From Macrostomum lignano (Eukaryota): 64,000 nucleotides of DNA. Below, in pieces: positions 36,471 to 49,500 of this stretch; within the stretch, counting starts at the first letter, position 1, and every line of letters begins with the position of its first letter. Made by a program: the position numbers and the translations under genes. The stretch covers positions 62,001 through 126,000 of the forward strand of contig NIVC01002219.1 of assembly GCA_002269645.1 (NCBI GenBank), read 5' to 3'. The notes beneath the pieces were generated by a model that was not told the origin of the DNA, made no database searches, and was given only the letters and a program-made list of their open reading frames with translations.

Positions 36471-37146
36471 AACGGGGTTCGAGACCATCGCACCTGCTCT
36501 GTGGAGTGCGCAGTGCGACCCAACTGCACCGCCGTGTTCAAGCGAGACCGCACTTGCTATCTGGCCACTGCCGCTCAGCATGAGGCGCTGTGGAGACCCC
36601 TGGACTGCAGCAGCGAGGTCAGTCGGCTCTCTGTCATTTCTTTCCTTCTTGTTTATATATTGCTTACTATGAATTGTATTAACTAGGCACCGCAACAGAA
36701 ATTTACGTATGCAATCGCTTCTTTTAGGTTGTAGATGAGAGGTGGCCACTGATACAACCGACAGTATTGAGTCTGTTGCAGCCTCCAACAGTTTCACTGT
36801 TCCAACTACCAGTGCCACTGCTCCAACTGCCAGTGCCACTGCTCCAACTACCAGTGGCACTGCTCCAACTACCAGTGCCACTGCTCCAACTGCCAGTGCC
36901 ACAGCTCCAACTGCCAGTGCCACTGCTCCAACTGCCAGTGTCACTGCTCCAACTGCCAGTGCCACTGCTCCAAGCAGCACCATCGGCCCCATTTGCGCCC
37001 TAGCTGAACAGTCCTGCAGCACTGATTTCATGTACATGCAAGCCTGTGACAGTGACCTGCATTTTCTTCAGTGCACAAACGGAAAATACGTTCGCAGGCA
37101 ATGCGCTGATGGAACAAGTTGGTCGGCTGGAACGTGCACTGGATGA
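36471..37146 (+). pseudogene. 5'-truncated, frameshifted PAN/chitin-binding copy with an expanded 7-aa linker repeat
   Basis: Homology begins mid-PAN at about 36471. Donor 36617, acceptor 36728. A 4-bp deletion (AGAT) relative to the 21266 exon shifts the frame. 21-bp TAPTASA repeats at about 36795-36970. Confidence 0.8.
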
Positions 37147-39596
37147 TAACCCGCGGCTTAATTTGTTGGAATCGATATGGAGAAACAGCCATTCTGCGGT
37201 CGGTTTGCCAAGTGGCGCCAGTTAAGATTCAATTAAGACATTTGTCTACATTTAGAGGAAAATTTGATAGATATGGACAAACCAGTTTTAGTATATATGA
37301 TTTGTAGCTTTTAGGCTTTAGACAAAACGAGATTGGCCTCTCTTACAACTGACAGCCTTGAGACCATGTTTTTACAGCCTCAACCACTGCCACTGCTTAA
37401 GCTAACACCTAATTAAAGTTTAATTCTTTTACTTTGACTTTGTGGCAATCGTGGAGCTTAGTAATATGTACGTGTACTTTTTTATGGGGGCTGTAAGTTT
37501 TCTATTATATGAATAACTCCTAACAAGGGCAGCAAACTTGAATGCAGCATAGACAATGCCATGCATTGTTGAAGTTTAGGTTGTGACGAATAGCTATTGG
37601 TATGAAGTACATTTATGGGAAAGTTAGAAAGGCTGCTTGCAACTGCCAATGGATTAGAATTGTGATAGGCAGAACTAGTTCTTTATAAGGGCGGGCTTGA
37701 ATACAGGAAAGGAATTAGCAAAAGGCGGGCTCAAACAATAGGCGTGAGCGTGATCCCAAGGGAATCGCATAAATTTTCCTATCCTAAAAAAATACTGGGA
37801 AAGATGACAAGCCTGTCACCGAATCCAAAGACGGAACAACACAGCGAACAGAATTCATGATAATAGGAAAGCTTTGAGGTGCATCAGACTCACAGGAGTG
37901 GGAAATTCATGCAGCTGCATCGAAGAAAATGTGTATCGAAGCGTTTTTTTTGCTCTCAACTATTTTTCCCCAAATTTCACCTCTTAACTCTAGAATTCCC
38001 ATCGTATCCAGAATTTTGCGAAGAAAAACTCGTCTTTACCTTTAAATTCGCAGATCAATTTTTTCTTTAGAGATTTTTGTATTTTATTTTCTGAAATTAT
38101 GTCGATGTTACTAAGCTGTTATTTAACTGATTTTTGAATCTTTCACTGCTACTGACCTTGCACTTAGACAACTCAAACATTTTTCAATTCCCAATAATTA
38201 ATAAATCATGACGGCATTCGTCTGTCCGAAGCCGCTCGTCTTTTTTTCCTGCCAGAGGAGGGAGAAATCCACTTCTCACAAAACAGCTCCACATTGTGAG
38301 GCAGCTTCTCTTTGGCCTAAAAATATTTCTAAAGGAACTGCTGTGGTCAGAGCAGCTCACCGGTAAATGCGTGTAGCTCTCACGCCACGAAGCCGCCATG
38401 AAATCTGGTTGCTTTACGTCCCAGGCGAGTCTACAACATTGTTCGATGCAGTCGAGGACTGTACATGGACGCGAGAAGCTGGCGGTGCGCTTAAGGGTGG
38501 GAAAGTCGCTTGACTGTCTGAGTGATCTCCTTCCCCAGACTTCTCGACTGTACAGCTCCATGGCACATGAGCTGATGGCAAGAAATTCGTTATGGAAGAC
38601 GGTGTAGAGAATTGGTTCCGGCGTGTTGGGAAGATTTGGAACTCGTCAGTGCAGAAGCAGAGGATTTCACGGGGTTTTCAGTTGTCCCTTGCTTTGTGAC
38701 GCTCAGACGATAAGCCGCGAGAAGTCCAAGTCCGATTCCGACAGTTTGTATTTAATTCAGTGAGGCGAAATTCTCACTTTAGGCAACAGACAGTACGAGT
38801 TAAAGCTCGGATATAGGAAGAAACCAGCCTGTCCGAATCATAGATCTATGGTCTGAATTGAATAAATACTCTCGGAATCGATTTGACTTCTCACATTCTG
38901 AGCCACAGTTGTCCTTGATCCTAATCCAGTTGTTTCATCTAAGTTATCAAGTTGTCCTTGATTAGGATATAATACTCGTAGCCCACTGTCGGAATTGAGT
39001 ATTAATTAAAAAAACAGTTTGAATTGAATTGAAAGCAAAGGGCCGTTTTAGAACGCACGCAGTTGTCGGAACTGAATGCACATTGCACCTTGTGTTACCA
39101 TAAAGAATTACATGTATATGAAAATACTTAAACTTTGACTGCACAGTTAACAAAATAGAATGGAAACTAAGGTGTAGTATGCTATACTATACATACTATG
39201 TAAATCTGCAATGTAAACCTGCCATTAATTTGGGGCTTAGTCCGCCACAATGCAGTTACCAAGCAAGCTAAGATGTTCGTAGATGTAAGTTTCTGCTGGC
39301 GCTGTTGCTGAGTCTCCGCTTTCGACTTACATGTATTCACGAATTAATGGGTTATAGTGTGTCTACATGTGTAGGAGAATAGGACAGGCTAGAGCCTGTT
39401 GCCTTAAAGTTTCAAGGCAATGCAATGTTTTGATTGGCATTGAGAAGCTGATTGGCTCAGAACTTGCTGTTAAGCACTTGTTTTGAGCAGATAACTCGTG
39501 TAGCACGGTAACGAAACTCCAACAAACCTCATCTGTCAAAAGGAAGCCAGAGTAACAAAACAAATTATTTTCTTCTGAAAACCAACCCTAAAAGCA

Positions 39597-40179
39597 ATGT
39601 TTATAAAAACTGCCTGCTGCCTGTTCAGCCTGCTGTCCGTCGTGTCCGGCGTCTGCGTCCGCTTCCGCGTCGTCCCCGGTTGCCCTGGAAACGTGACCGA
39701 CCTGTCGCAGGTCAACGGAGTCCGAGACCCTCGCACCTGCTCGGTGGAGTGCGCAGTGCGACCCAACTGCACCGCCGTGTTCAAGCGAGACGGCACTTGC
39801 TATCTGGCCACTGCCGCTCAGTATGAGGCGCTGTGGAGACTCCTGGACTGCCGCAGCGAGGTCAGTCGGTGCTCAATACACCAGTAAAATTAAACTTATC
39901 CATAAGTGCCTTTCATTGTTGTTAAGAACCTTTTCGTTGATTGTTGCACCCACTCAGGTGGTGGAAGGAAGACTGGTCAACACGACTTCACCTCCGAACT
40001 CTGGTGCTGACATGAGCACCACCACCAGCTCCGTCTGCTTCACAGATGGCCAGGCGTGCACCATCGACTTCATGAGAGACTGCAGCAGCGATGTGCACTA
40101 CCTGCGCTGCAATCATGGAGCCTACGTTCAGATGCCGTGCTCAGCTGGCACATCCTATTCCGCTGGCACCTGTCCATGA
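39597..40179 (+). CDS. Secreted PAN + short Ser/Thr linker + chitin-binding type-2-like protein, 161 aa
   Basis: Exons 39597-39860 and 39958-40179, phase-0 GT-AG intron, open frame. Confidence 0.85.
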
Positions 40180-41329
40180 GGATGCCCACCACTGAAGACA
40201 ATCTAACCAAACCAAACCGATTTGAAGCTATCAGATATTCAGAGCTTTTGAAGATAAGATATGCCTGCTTGAAGGAACTCGCACTTTAATAAAGGACACG
40301 TCCAAAATTAACTATACTTATAATTAGTAATGTTTGGTACAGCATGCTAATGCGCTTGCTTTGTTATTTCAAATAGATTTTGTTTGTTATGCTAAGTTTG
40401 AAAGCGAACAATCAAATTTTATAAAGCCTGCACAGAATACTCGGACTTGACCCTTAACATGTATTCATGTGGCCTAATGATTTGTTGTTTGGATTGTGGA
40501 TATTTATCGGGATAAATTATTGGTTAGAAAGGTGCTTGCAAATCCGAATTGGTAGGAACTGTGACTGGGGAAACTGGCGTTTTTTATGAGGGGGCTTGAG
40601 TACAGAAAATGATCGCTAAGGCAGGCTGAAGTGGCGTGAATTGTGATACCTTGGATTGTGATACAGCAAAACGAATTCATGATGATAAGAGAGCCCTGAG
40701 CTGTATCAAAGAGGGTAGTTTATGCAGCAGCATTGAACAAAATTTTTATCGAGACGTTTTTCACCTCTCAAGGCTTTTTTCACGAAATTTCACAGCAATT
40801 TCCGGTAGTAGAATTTTTATTGTGAAAAACTCAAATAAAACACGTTTTCCCTATAAATTTGCATTGTTAAAGTCAGGGGCACCTCTTGTTTGCAGATGTG
40901 GCCAGGAAATTTATTTTTAAAGGATCCATTCTTGAGATGAAAATTTATTCACTTTAAAATATTTTTGCAGAATAGGCGGGTTCATTTCCTTATAGCAGGT
41001 GTTGGTTTGCCTCAATAGAGTTTTTGTACCTCCAGCGATGTTAAGTAGTATACACGGATAACAATAAAGTGTAAATTTAGCAAACAATAAAATTCAGTAT
41101 GCAAACTATTTAGCTTACTTAACTACTAATAGTAAATTATACGAGCGAAGCTGCCTATTTCAAATGCCGCTCAACTGAATGCTCTACATGTGATTTGATT
41201 GGCTGGATTAATCCTGCCGATACTACACTGCAGATAGAAAATGTAAAACTATAAAAGCTTAGAAAATTCCCTTTAACTTTTTTACTCATATGCTCAGTTT
41301 GAAGAGCTCTCTGAACTTTCTCTCCGATA

Positions 41330-41710
41330 ATGCTCATTTATAAAGCCGCTCTGGCCTTGCTGGTTGCTGGGTCAGCCTGCTGCCTACTGAGCCTCCTGTC
41401 CGAAGCAGCCGGTCTCACCGTCCAGCTGACCATCGTAGCCGGCTGTCCGGACAACCTGACCCTGTTTAGCCGGGTGTCCGGGGTTCGAGACCCGCGCGCC
41501 TGCTCAGTGGAGTGCGCGATACGGCCGAACTGTAGCGCCGTTTACAAACAGAACAGCGTCTGCTACTTCGCAGTTGGGGAGCAGTACCCCCTGTTGTGGA
41601 CTGGCGGCGGCTGCAGCAGCGAAGTGAGCTAGTTGGTTAATCAGTCAGTTAGTTTGTTTGTTAGTTAGTTGGTTAGTTAGTTAGTTAGTTAGTCAGTTAA
41701 TCAGTTAGTC

Positions 41711-41741
<31 letters not shown>

Positions 41742-41798
41742 CAGTTAGTCAGTTAGTTAGTTAGTTAGTCAGTTAGTCAGTTAGTTAGTTAGTTAGTC

Positions 41799-41833
<35 letters not shown>

Positions 41834-41834
41834 C

Positions 41835-41888
<54 letters not shown>

Positions 41889-41910
41889 ATAGTTAGTTAG
41901 TTAGTTAGTC

Positions 41911-41954
<44 letters not shown>

Positions 41955-41955
41955 G

Positions 41956-41997
<42 letters not shown>

Positions 41998-42007
41998 CAG
42001 TTAGTTG

Positions 42008-42041
<34 letters not shown>

Positions 42042-42042
42042 C

Positions 42043-42091
<49 letters not shown>

Positions 42092-42118
42092 TTCGGTGAG
42101 TTAGATAGTTAGTTAGTC

Positions 42119-42155
<37 letters not shown>

Positions 42156-42214
42156 TTTGGTTAGTTAGTTAGTTAGTTAGTTAGTTAGTCAGTTAGTTAG
42201 TTAGTTAGTTAGTC

Positions 42215-42249
<35 letters not shown>

Positions 42250-42250
42250 C

Positions 42251-42307
<57 letters not shown>

Positions 42308-42607
42308 TTCGGTGAGTTAGATAGTTAGTTAGTGACTAACTGTGACCAATGTATATCAGTACATTTTGAGACTGTAACTCAGGAACTGCCCAAGTACAGT
42401 CACGTGCATGCCCACTGCATCCCGCAGGCTGTGCGAGGAAGGCTGACCTGCTCGTTTCCCAACGACAACTGCACCGGCATGCCAGCAGTCCGCAAGCACT
42501 GCACAAAGAATCTTCACTACCTGACCTGTCTGGGAACAAACGTCTATGCCGAGATGCCCTGCGCTAACGGCACATCGCGCAACGCCAACACCTGCCCGCC
42601 TCCGTGA
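41330..42607 (+). CDS. Diverged secreted PAN + chitin-binding type-2-like protein without linker, 157 aa
   Basis: Exons 41330-41623 and 42428-42607. The acceptor CCCGCAG|GCTGTGCGAGGAAGG was chosen by homology to VVEGRL; phase 0. Confidence 0.8.
41630..42332. repeat. (TTAG)n microsatellite with TCAG/TTGG interruptions, filling most of the intron
   Basis: Read directly. Confidence 0.98.
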
Positions 42608-42721
42608 ACTGATATATATGACAAGCACCAACGCATGCTTTTACTAATCAAACTGAAAAACAATAATGACTTCTGGCCTTGCAATGTGCCTTGATACAGA
42701 TGTGATCGAATTTAATATATG

Positions 42722-42866
42722 ATAAACGCCGTTTAATTCATCATAGTCTATGGTTAGAATATCCTCGGCTGCAATCAATGATCCTCGGCTCGCTACGCTC
42801 GCCTCGAGACCATTAAACGCAGCCTCGGACATTCTAACTACAGAATGTGAATTAAACGGCGTTTAT
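42722..42866. mobile_element. 145-bp palindromic mini-element
   Basis: 19-bp perfect terminal inverted repeat ATAAACGCCGTTTAATTCA, further imperfect symmetry, and a central CTCGGCTCGCTACGCTCGCCTCG. Confidence 0.6.
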
Positions 42867-43120
42867 TACGAGCTATCTTATTAGGAAACGAAATTTCCCG
42901 TCGTGATTTCTGTCATATGCAAAAATCTGGTTCACAATATAGTTGACTTGAAAAGAGTTTCAATGCGCTACATACCATAGACACTGGACTGAGCCACACT
43001 GGGGTTTAAATGCAATTAGGTTCTTTTATTCCTGTGGAAGTCCCAGTATATGGGACTCGACTTGATTCTCAGGCCTGAGAAAAAATGTGTATTTACTGTT
43101 GTAGTCTGGCAAATATTCTA

Positions 43121-43724
43121 TACTGTCCGTCAAAAGTTCCGGAACCCTTGCTACGATGTCTTCTAGCGGACATAATTTCAGTCCGTTTCAATTGTAACTT
43201 GATTCAAATGAAAGCTGCGGATCTCAGCTCCATGATGTGGTCAAGAAAAAGTTTATTCGAAGGAGCGCGTGTGAACAGGCCAGTGTTATGTACATAAAGG
43301 TTAGAGAAAAAAGTGAGGAAAAGACAAACAAGCAATTGTCTATGGTTGCTGAGTCTATGGAGCAAACACACATGGGAAGGAATCGGTTTGCGCGCAGTGT
43401 TCAGCCTGGCTAACATTAGTCTATGGCCAAAACTTGTGTTGAAATCAACAGGCTCTTATGGATTCTTGTGCAGTCAGCTTTCATGGGAGAGTAAAAAGAG
43501 TAAAAACAATTGCTTGTTTGTCTTTTCCTCACTTTTTTCTCTAACCTTTATGTACATAACACTGGCCTGTTCACACGCGCTCCTTCGAATAAACTTTTTC
43601 TTGACCACATCATGGAGCTGAGATCCGCAGCTTTCATTTGAATCAAGTTACAATTGAAACGCACTGAAATTATGTCCGCTAGAAGACATCGTAGCAAGGG
43701 TTCCGGGACTTTTGACGGACAGTA
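43121..43724. mobile_element. 604-bp MITE, Tc1/mariner type, with 219-bp TIRs
   Basis: 43121-43339 is the reverse complement of 43506-43724 with 2 mismatches; flanked by TA on both sides; 166-bp spacer. Confidence 0.93.
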
Positions 43725-44489
43725 TAGGTCTCAAATTCATGGCAGCATTCATACAAGGTCTGTCTTCACATAGAAACTTTCTGCTCCTATATACATAGCG
43801 AAAAATCTTTGTTCAACTGATGCGTTCAGAGTATAGAAGCACTGTACGCTCGTACTCGTACTTGCAATAATATTTTTACGAACTTAAAGTACAATTCAAT
43901 TCAATTGCTCTGGGCTTTAACACCATTAGGTATTGCAGTTTGATGAAAACTAGCATCGATCCACTCATAGTCTAATAAACTAAACTATAACCAAACCCAT
44001 GCAAGCACCAAAGCGCCTGTGAAATCACGCTAAACAAATGCTTTGTAGTCAATAGCAACCAGTTAATTAAATTACTGCATAATAGTAAACTGATGTTAGC
44101 TCTGGTCTGTCTCTGAAGTGCGCACTGGAAGTAATGCACGCCTAATTAAATAACAATATGCACGATAGCTGATTGCAGGAATATTATTCACCAACTAAAA
44201 ATGAAAAACACAAACACAGCACAGATCAGCTCTCAAGCATGATTTCCTCTTCAGAGATTATATTATTTTCGCAATTCATACAAACCAATGTTCGTGGGTC
44301 TGTGGCAGCCATGGACTGCTAAATTAGAATGACGCTCAGACAGGGTGTACAGCTGCCCATTCGGCTTATGCGAATTGATTTTAATCCAAGATAGGTTTGT
44401 CAATTTGGTCCATAGCTTCATTTGCAACTGTTGCGGAGGAGCAAGATCAGTCCCAGAATTGTGGGCCATATGCTAGGCTGTTGAACGAA

Positions 44490-44780
44490 TGCCATTGGCT
44501 TGTGATCGAAGCACCCGGCAGAGGTGAACACACAAAGGACATTGCAAGGTTGCTGAATGTAAAAGAAAAGATGGTTTATAGCATCCATCAGTGCGTTGAC
44601 ACCACTGCCGGCAGAGATCGCCTGCGAAAGAGGTGGCGTGGCAATCGACAAGGCAAGTTGCTGGAGCCTCAGGTCCAACTGCTACTCGATGCAGTTGAGA
44701 CGAACCCTTTGTTGACGTTGCAGAAATGCAGCAAAAGTTGAAGAAACAGTTTCAGCTGTGTCCAACACTGTGTCCGAAAG
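44490..44780 (+). pseudogene. IS630/Tc1-family transposase N-terminal HTH remnant
   Basis: KDIARLLNVKEKMVYSI...GNRQGKLLEPQVQLLLDAVETNPLLTL pattern; frameshifted and no DDE domain follows. Confidence 0.6.
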
Positions 44781-45989
44781 TTCTAGCGATGTCCAACACT
44801 TTGGTTTTCGGAGTTATGATATTTCGGGTTTGTGTTAAGCTGAGAAATGGCGGCGGAGCCAAGCCGGGCCGGGTGCAGAGGCTTTAAGCTGGCCGGCGCG
44901 GCCAACACCCCCACACCTCAACCCCCCGCCAAAGTACAGCGATATGTACAGCGGCACCCCCGGCGTGTCTAACACACCTTACTCAGAGAGTAACGATTGC
45001 AATATTTCGGGTTTATGATGGGCGTTGCTATTAATTTCGGAGTTGTGAATTTTCGGGTTTGTGATATTTCAGGTCTATGATGGCGGCCCCTATCTTGAAT
45101 TAAAATCAATGCGCGCAGACCTAAACGGGCTTCAAAGAGCTATAGTAATATACTCGTAGTCGTAGCTACATTACAGACAACACTACACGTAAACAGTGTA
45201 AACTCCATCCTTTGTTACCGGCGCTTTACAATGCAAAAAAACGGATAAAATGATGCCCAGCAATAAACAGTTTAGCGGCAGACAGACTCAAACATGAACA
45301 AACATAAATGAATATATAATTAGGAAATTAGATTTAAAAAAATATTTCGCTAAATAGTACCTCCGCTATTGGTAATGAAAGCAAGACAAACCGATTACAT
45401 AAATACACTAATAATATATATATATATCAAATGAGAAAGCTATGTAATTATTACTGGTAATGGCAAAGTCTTTCTGAGCGAAATTGAACCGAATAGCAAG
45501 TAAAAAAAAAACAAATTTAACTGAATCAGCAAAAAAACACTTGGCAACCTCAGTACAGTTGTTGTGCAATAATTTTATAAAAAATACTCAAAAAATTCAC
45601 TTAATCTTTAGGTCGCTGTATTTGCTAGGAACAAAAAGTAACACTGCTTTTTCACGATTAACTTCTAACTGTTTTTCCCACAATCAGGGAAAATTTGTTG
45701 AGATACAATTAATCGTGAGCATACTTTGGTCTACATAATTAATCGAATAAACAAACATTTGTGTTGAAAACTACGCAGCATTATACAGTCATGGGCAAGG
45801 ATTCTAAACAGGTATCTTAGCCAGAAAACAGCATTTTTAGCACGGGACAGCTAACTCTGCATTGCTTCAGTTCAGTGTGGCGACCCCACAGTCCTTGGAC
45901 TGAACAGCCGTACGCAGCCTTCAGATGCGCCGCGCAATGGCTGCGGCTGAGCTGTCGGTTGCACACCTGGCCCAATTGGGGCAGGTGGA

Positions 45990-46290
45990 ATCAATTGTGA
46001 ATTCATACATGCGCAACAGTCGGCCGGCCGATCCGGTTGACCGATTTGGCGGCCAACCAAGGAAGTCGCAAAAATGCCCACCCGAAAAAATACCCCTAGT
46101 AGTACTAAGTAGCTGACGAGGCATTTTGGCTTGATAATACAGTCATAGTTACTCCTGCCGTTTACCCACAGTTGCGTTAATTTTGCTTTAGGGTTTTTTT
46201 TACATTTTTGGCCAAAAACTACGTCGCATTTTTGTTAAAACTAAGTCGTACGGCTGACCGAATTTTGGAGGTTGCGCATGTATGATTGTG
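45990..46290 (-). repeat. Dispersed repeat; other copies at about 57285-57480 (+) and 60240-60510 (+)
   Basis: Shared GGCAGGAGTAACTATGACT, GCCAAAATGCCTCGTCAGCTAC and GGGTGGGCATTTTTG segments. Confidence 0.85.
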
Positions 46291-46504
46291 ATTCTGATTA
46301 TTATGCTTGTCTACAAAGTTCTCCTAACAATATCTATTATTTGTTATCTCTTGGGTTAAATTTAAAACAAAACAATGAACACCTTCAATAAACCTTTAAT
46401 TAATGCAAAAGCTAAATAAAGCGAATCAAAGTGGAGCTGTTCCGAATGCCACAAAATCATCGGAAGTTATAATACACTTATCTAGTGCCACTGTGCTCAT
46501 TCAT

Positions 46505-49500
46505 TCACAGAGGTGAGCTCCTGTGCTGCGGATGCTTGGCACTGCCAGATCCGCCGTCCTGCAGGTCAAGGAACTCGGACATCAGCGGCGGCACAAACCT
46601 CGGATTGGACATTGTGGCCAAGTCGGAAAAGTCTTTCTCGAGGCCGCGCAGCTCCGCTAGCTGGGTGAGCAGCTGGGGATAGACTTTGCGAGCGTGGGAC
46701 ACGGTGAACCGCGTGCGCAACAGGCGTTCGAGCAGCATGCAGTACTTCACCTGCGACTCTTCCACCTGGAGGGCAACATGGGCGATTGGAGGTTGGTGAG
46801 TTCGGTGAGATCAAAAGAGATTCAGGGGGTATTGATGTGTCAGTGAGATCAAAAGAGATTCAGGGGGTATTGATGTGTCAGTGAGATCAAAGAGATTCAG
46901 GGGGTATTGATGTGTCAGTGAGATCAAAGAGATTCAGGGGGTATTGATGTGTCAGTGAGATCAAAGAGATTCAGGGGGTATTGATGTGTCGGTGATATCA
47001 AAGAGATTCAATGGTATTGATGTGTCAGTGAGATCAAAGAGATTCAATGGGTATTGATGTGTCAGTGAGATCAAAGAGATTCAGGGGGTATTGGTGTGTC
47101 GGTGAGATCAAAGAGATTGAGGGGGTATTGATGTGTCGGTGAGATCAAAGAGATTCAGGGGTAACTATGTGACGGTAAGATCAAAGAGATTCAGATGATA
47201 ATGTGTCGGTGAGATCAAAGAGATTTAGGGGGTATTGATGTGTCGGTGAGATCAAAGAGATTCAGATGATAATGTGTCGGTGATTTCAAAGAGATTCAGA
47301 CGATAATGTGTCGGTGATATCAAAGGATCTGATTTAAATTGTAAAATTGTTCAGAAGCCGTACAATTGAAAAATATTCAAGCAGAAGCTGCACGTATGCA
47401 AGAAGTGCAATCGTATAATTATTCAACATCAAATTTCCTGAGACAGGCTGCAGCAAGTTCATGCACAAAGCCAGCTGCTCTTGAAAAAACAGCTATACCC
47501 AGCTCTCAGCTTACAGGGGAGTTTGCGATTCCACCAGAAAAAAGAACCGAACAAAGGAAAAGCAGAAATCCCCGTGAGAAAAGCTAGACAACCCTGCAGC
47601 TGTTTCCTGCATCCCGACTGCAAAACAGAGTTGAAGCAAACTCAACTGCCTGCCTGCATTGTGAATTGCTCTTCAAAAATGTTGACATCACATTTCCTAC
47701 TGTATTTTAGCCCGTTATATGGTAGATCGCTTGAAATTGGAATTCCTAGAATGCCGCTTCAGAGAAAATTCCGGGAACGATATCAGAAGAAACCAATTAG
47801 AAAGACGCCAAATAGACATTTTTTAGAACGGCGCCAAATCGAATTTTTTAAGAATATCACCAAATGGATATTTCTTAGAATGGCACCAAAAGCAAATTTT
47901 TTAGAACGGCGCCAAATCGAAATTTTTAAGAATATCACTAAATGGATATTTCTTAGAATGGCGCTAAAAGGATATTTCTAAGAATGGCGCCCAATAAACA
48001 TTTTTTTAAATATCACCTACTAATGTCTATTAGATAAATAGAAATATCTAAGAATGGCGCCAAATAGACATTTCTTAGAATGGCACTTAAGGACATTTCT
48101 TAGAACGGCGCCAAATCGAAATTTTTAAGAATATCACCAAATGGAAATTTCTTAGAATGGCGCAAAACAGACATTTCTAAAAACAGGCATATGGCGCAAA
48201 ACAGACATATCTAAGAATGGCGCCAAATAGACATTTCTTAGAATGACACCTGAGGACATTTCTTAGAACGGCGCCAAATGGAAATTTCTTAAATGGCGCC
48301 AAATAGACATTTCTTAGAATGGCGCCAAAAGCACATTTCTCAAAATGGTACCTAAAGGACATTTCTGAGAATAGCGCCAAATTGACATTTGTAAGAATGA
48401 CTCCAAATAGACATTTCGTAGAATGGCGCCAAATAGACATTTCAAAAAGAAGTGGCACAAAACATTCATTTCTTAGAATCGCCCTGATTAGCAAGTTCTC
48501 GGAAGTGGAGGAAAAAAAGATTCAGAATGGCACTAGGCAAGCATTTTTTTAAAAAAGGACCGACAATAAAAAAATTATCCCTCAGCCGGAACAGGCACTC
48601 ACCAGATCCCTTCCCTCAGGCGACAACCCGGCCCGGTCTGGGCTGAACAGGCAGCAGGCAAGCAGCAGTACCAGAGTGTGATGATCGCACTGCAGGTTGC
48701 TGCGCAGAGTCCTGGCTAACTGAAAAAACGCATGCCCAGCATTGGGCCCGGCCGCTCTCAGGAAATCCTGGCCCTGCATAGAGTCCGACTCGGCACTGGC
48801 CGTGTCCGTCTCGTCAAGGAATCTGGCATGGTCCGGATCGAAGCTGATGACGCCGCGCAGTAGGATGAGCTCGAGGGCGCCGCCCTTCAACAGGCAGACT
48901 TTGTCCGGCTGGCTGAGCTGCCGGAACTCGTCCAGCTTCTTGCTCAGATCGATCACCCGCATCACGGACAGCTCGGCAAAGTTGATCAGGTCGTCCACGT
49001 TGGCCGCACGCTGGCCGTGGCGTTCGGCGACTCGAACCTCGGCCGACTGGCGATAGTACTCGGCCAACTGGGTCAGCTCTTGGACGTCCGATTCGGACAT
49101 GATCTCGCGGTCGGCCAGCTCTGATGGCGTGAGCTCCTTCGGCAGCAGGCCCAGAGTCTCCAGAGTGCGCAGCAGCCTGCGGTTTAGGGGGAGTGACTGA
49201 TTGAGACCAGAGTTACTGGGTGAGTGACCGGAGTGACTAAATTGAGACCAGAGTGACTGGGTGAGTGAGCGGAGTGACCAAATTGAGACCAGAGTGACTT
49301 GGTGAGTGAGTGGAGTGACCGATTGAGACCAGAGTGACTGGATGAGTGAGCGGAGTGACCAGTTCAGACAAGAGTGACTGGGTGAGTGAATGGAGTGACC
49401 AGTTAAGACCAGTGACTGGGTGAGTGAGCGGAGTGACTAAATTGAGACCAGAGTGACTGGGCGAGTGACCGATTGAGACCAGAATGACTATGTGAGTGAC

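Noticed and set aside
41630-42332. (TTAG)n as an interstitial telomere
   Set aside because: The unit is not TTAGG or TTAGGG; it is an ordinary intronic tetranucleotide array.
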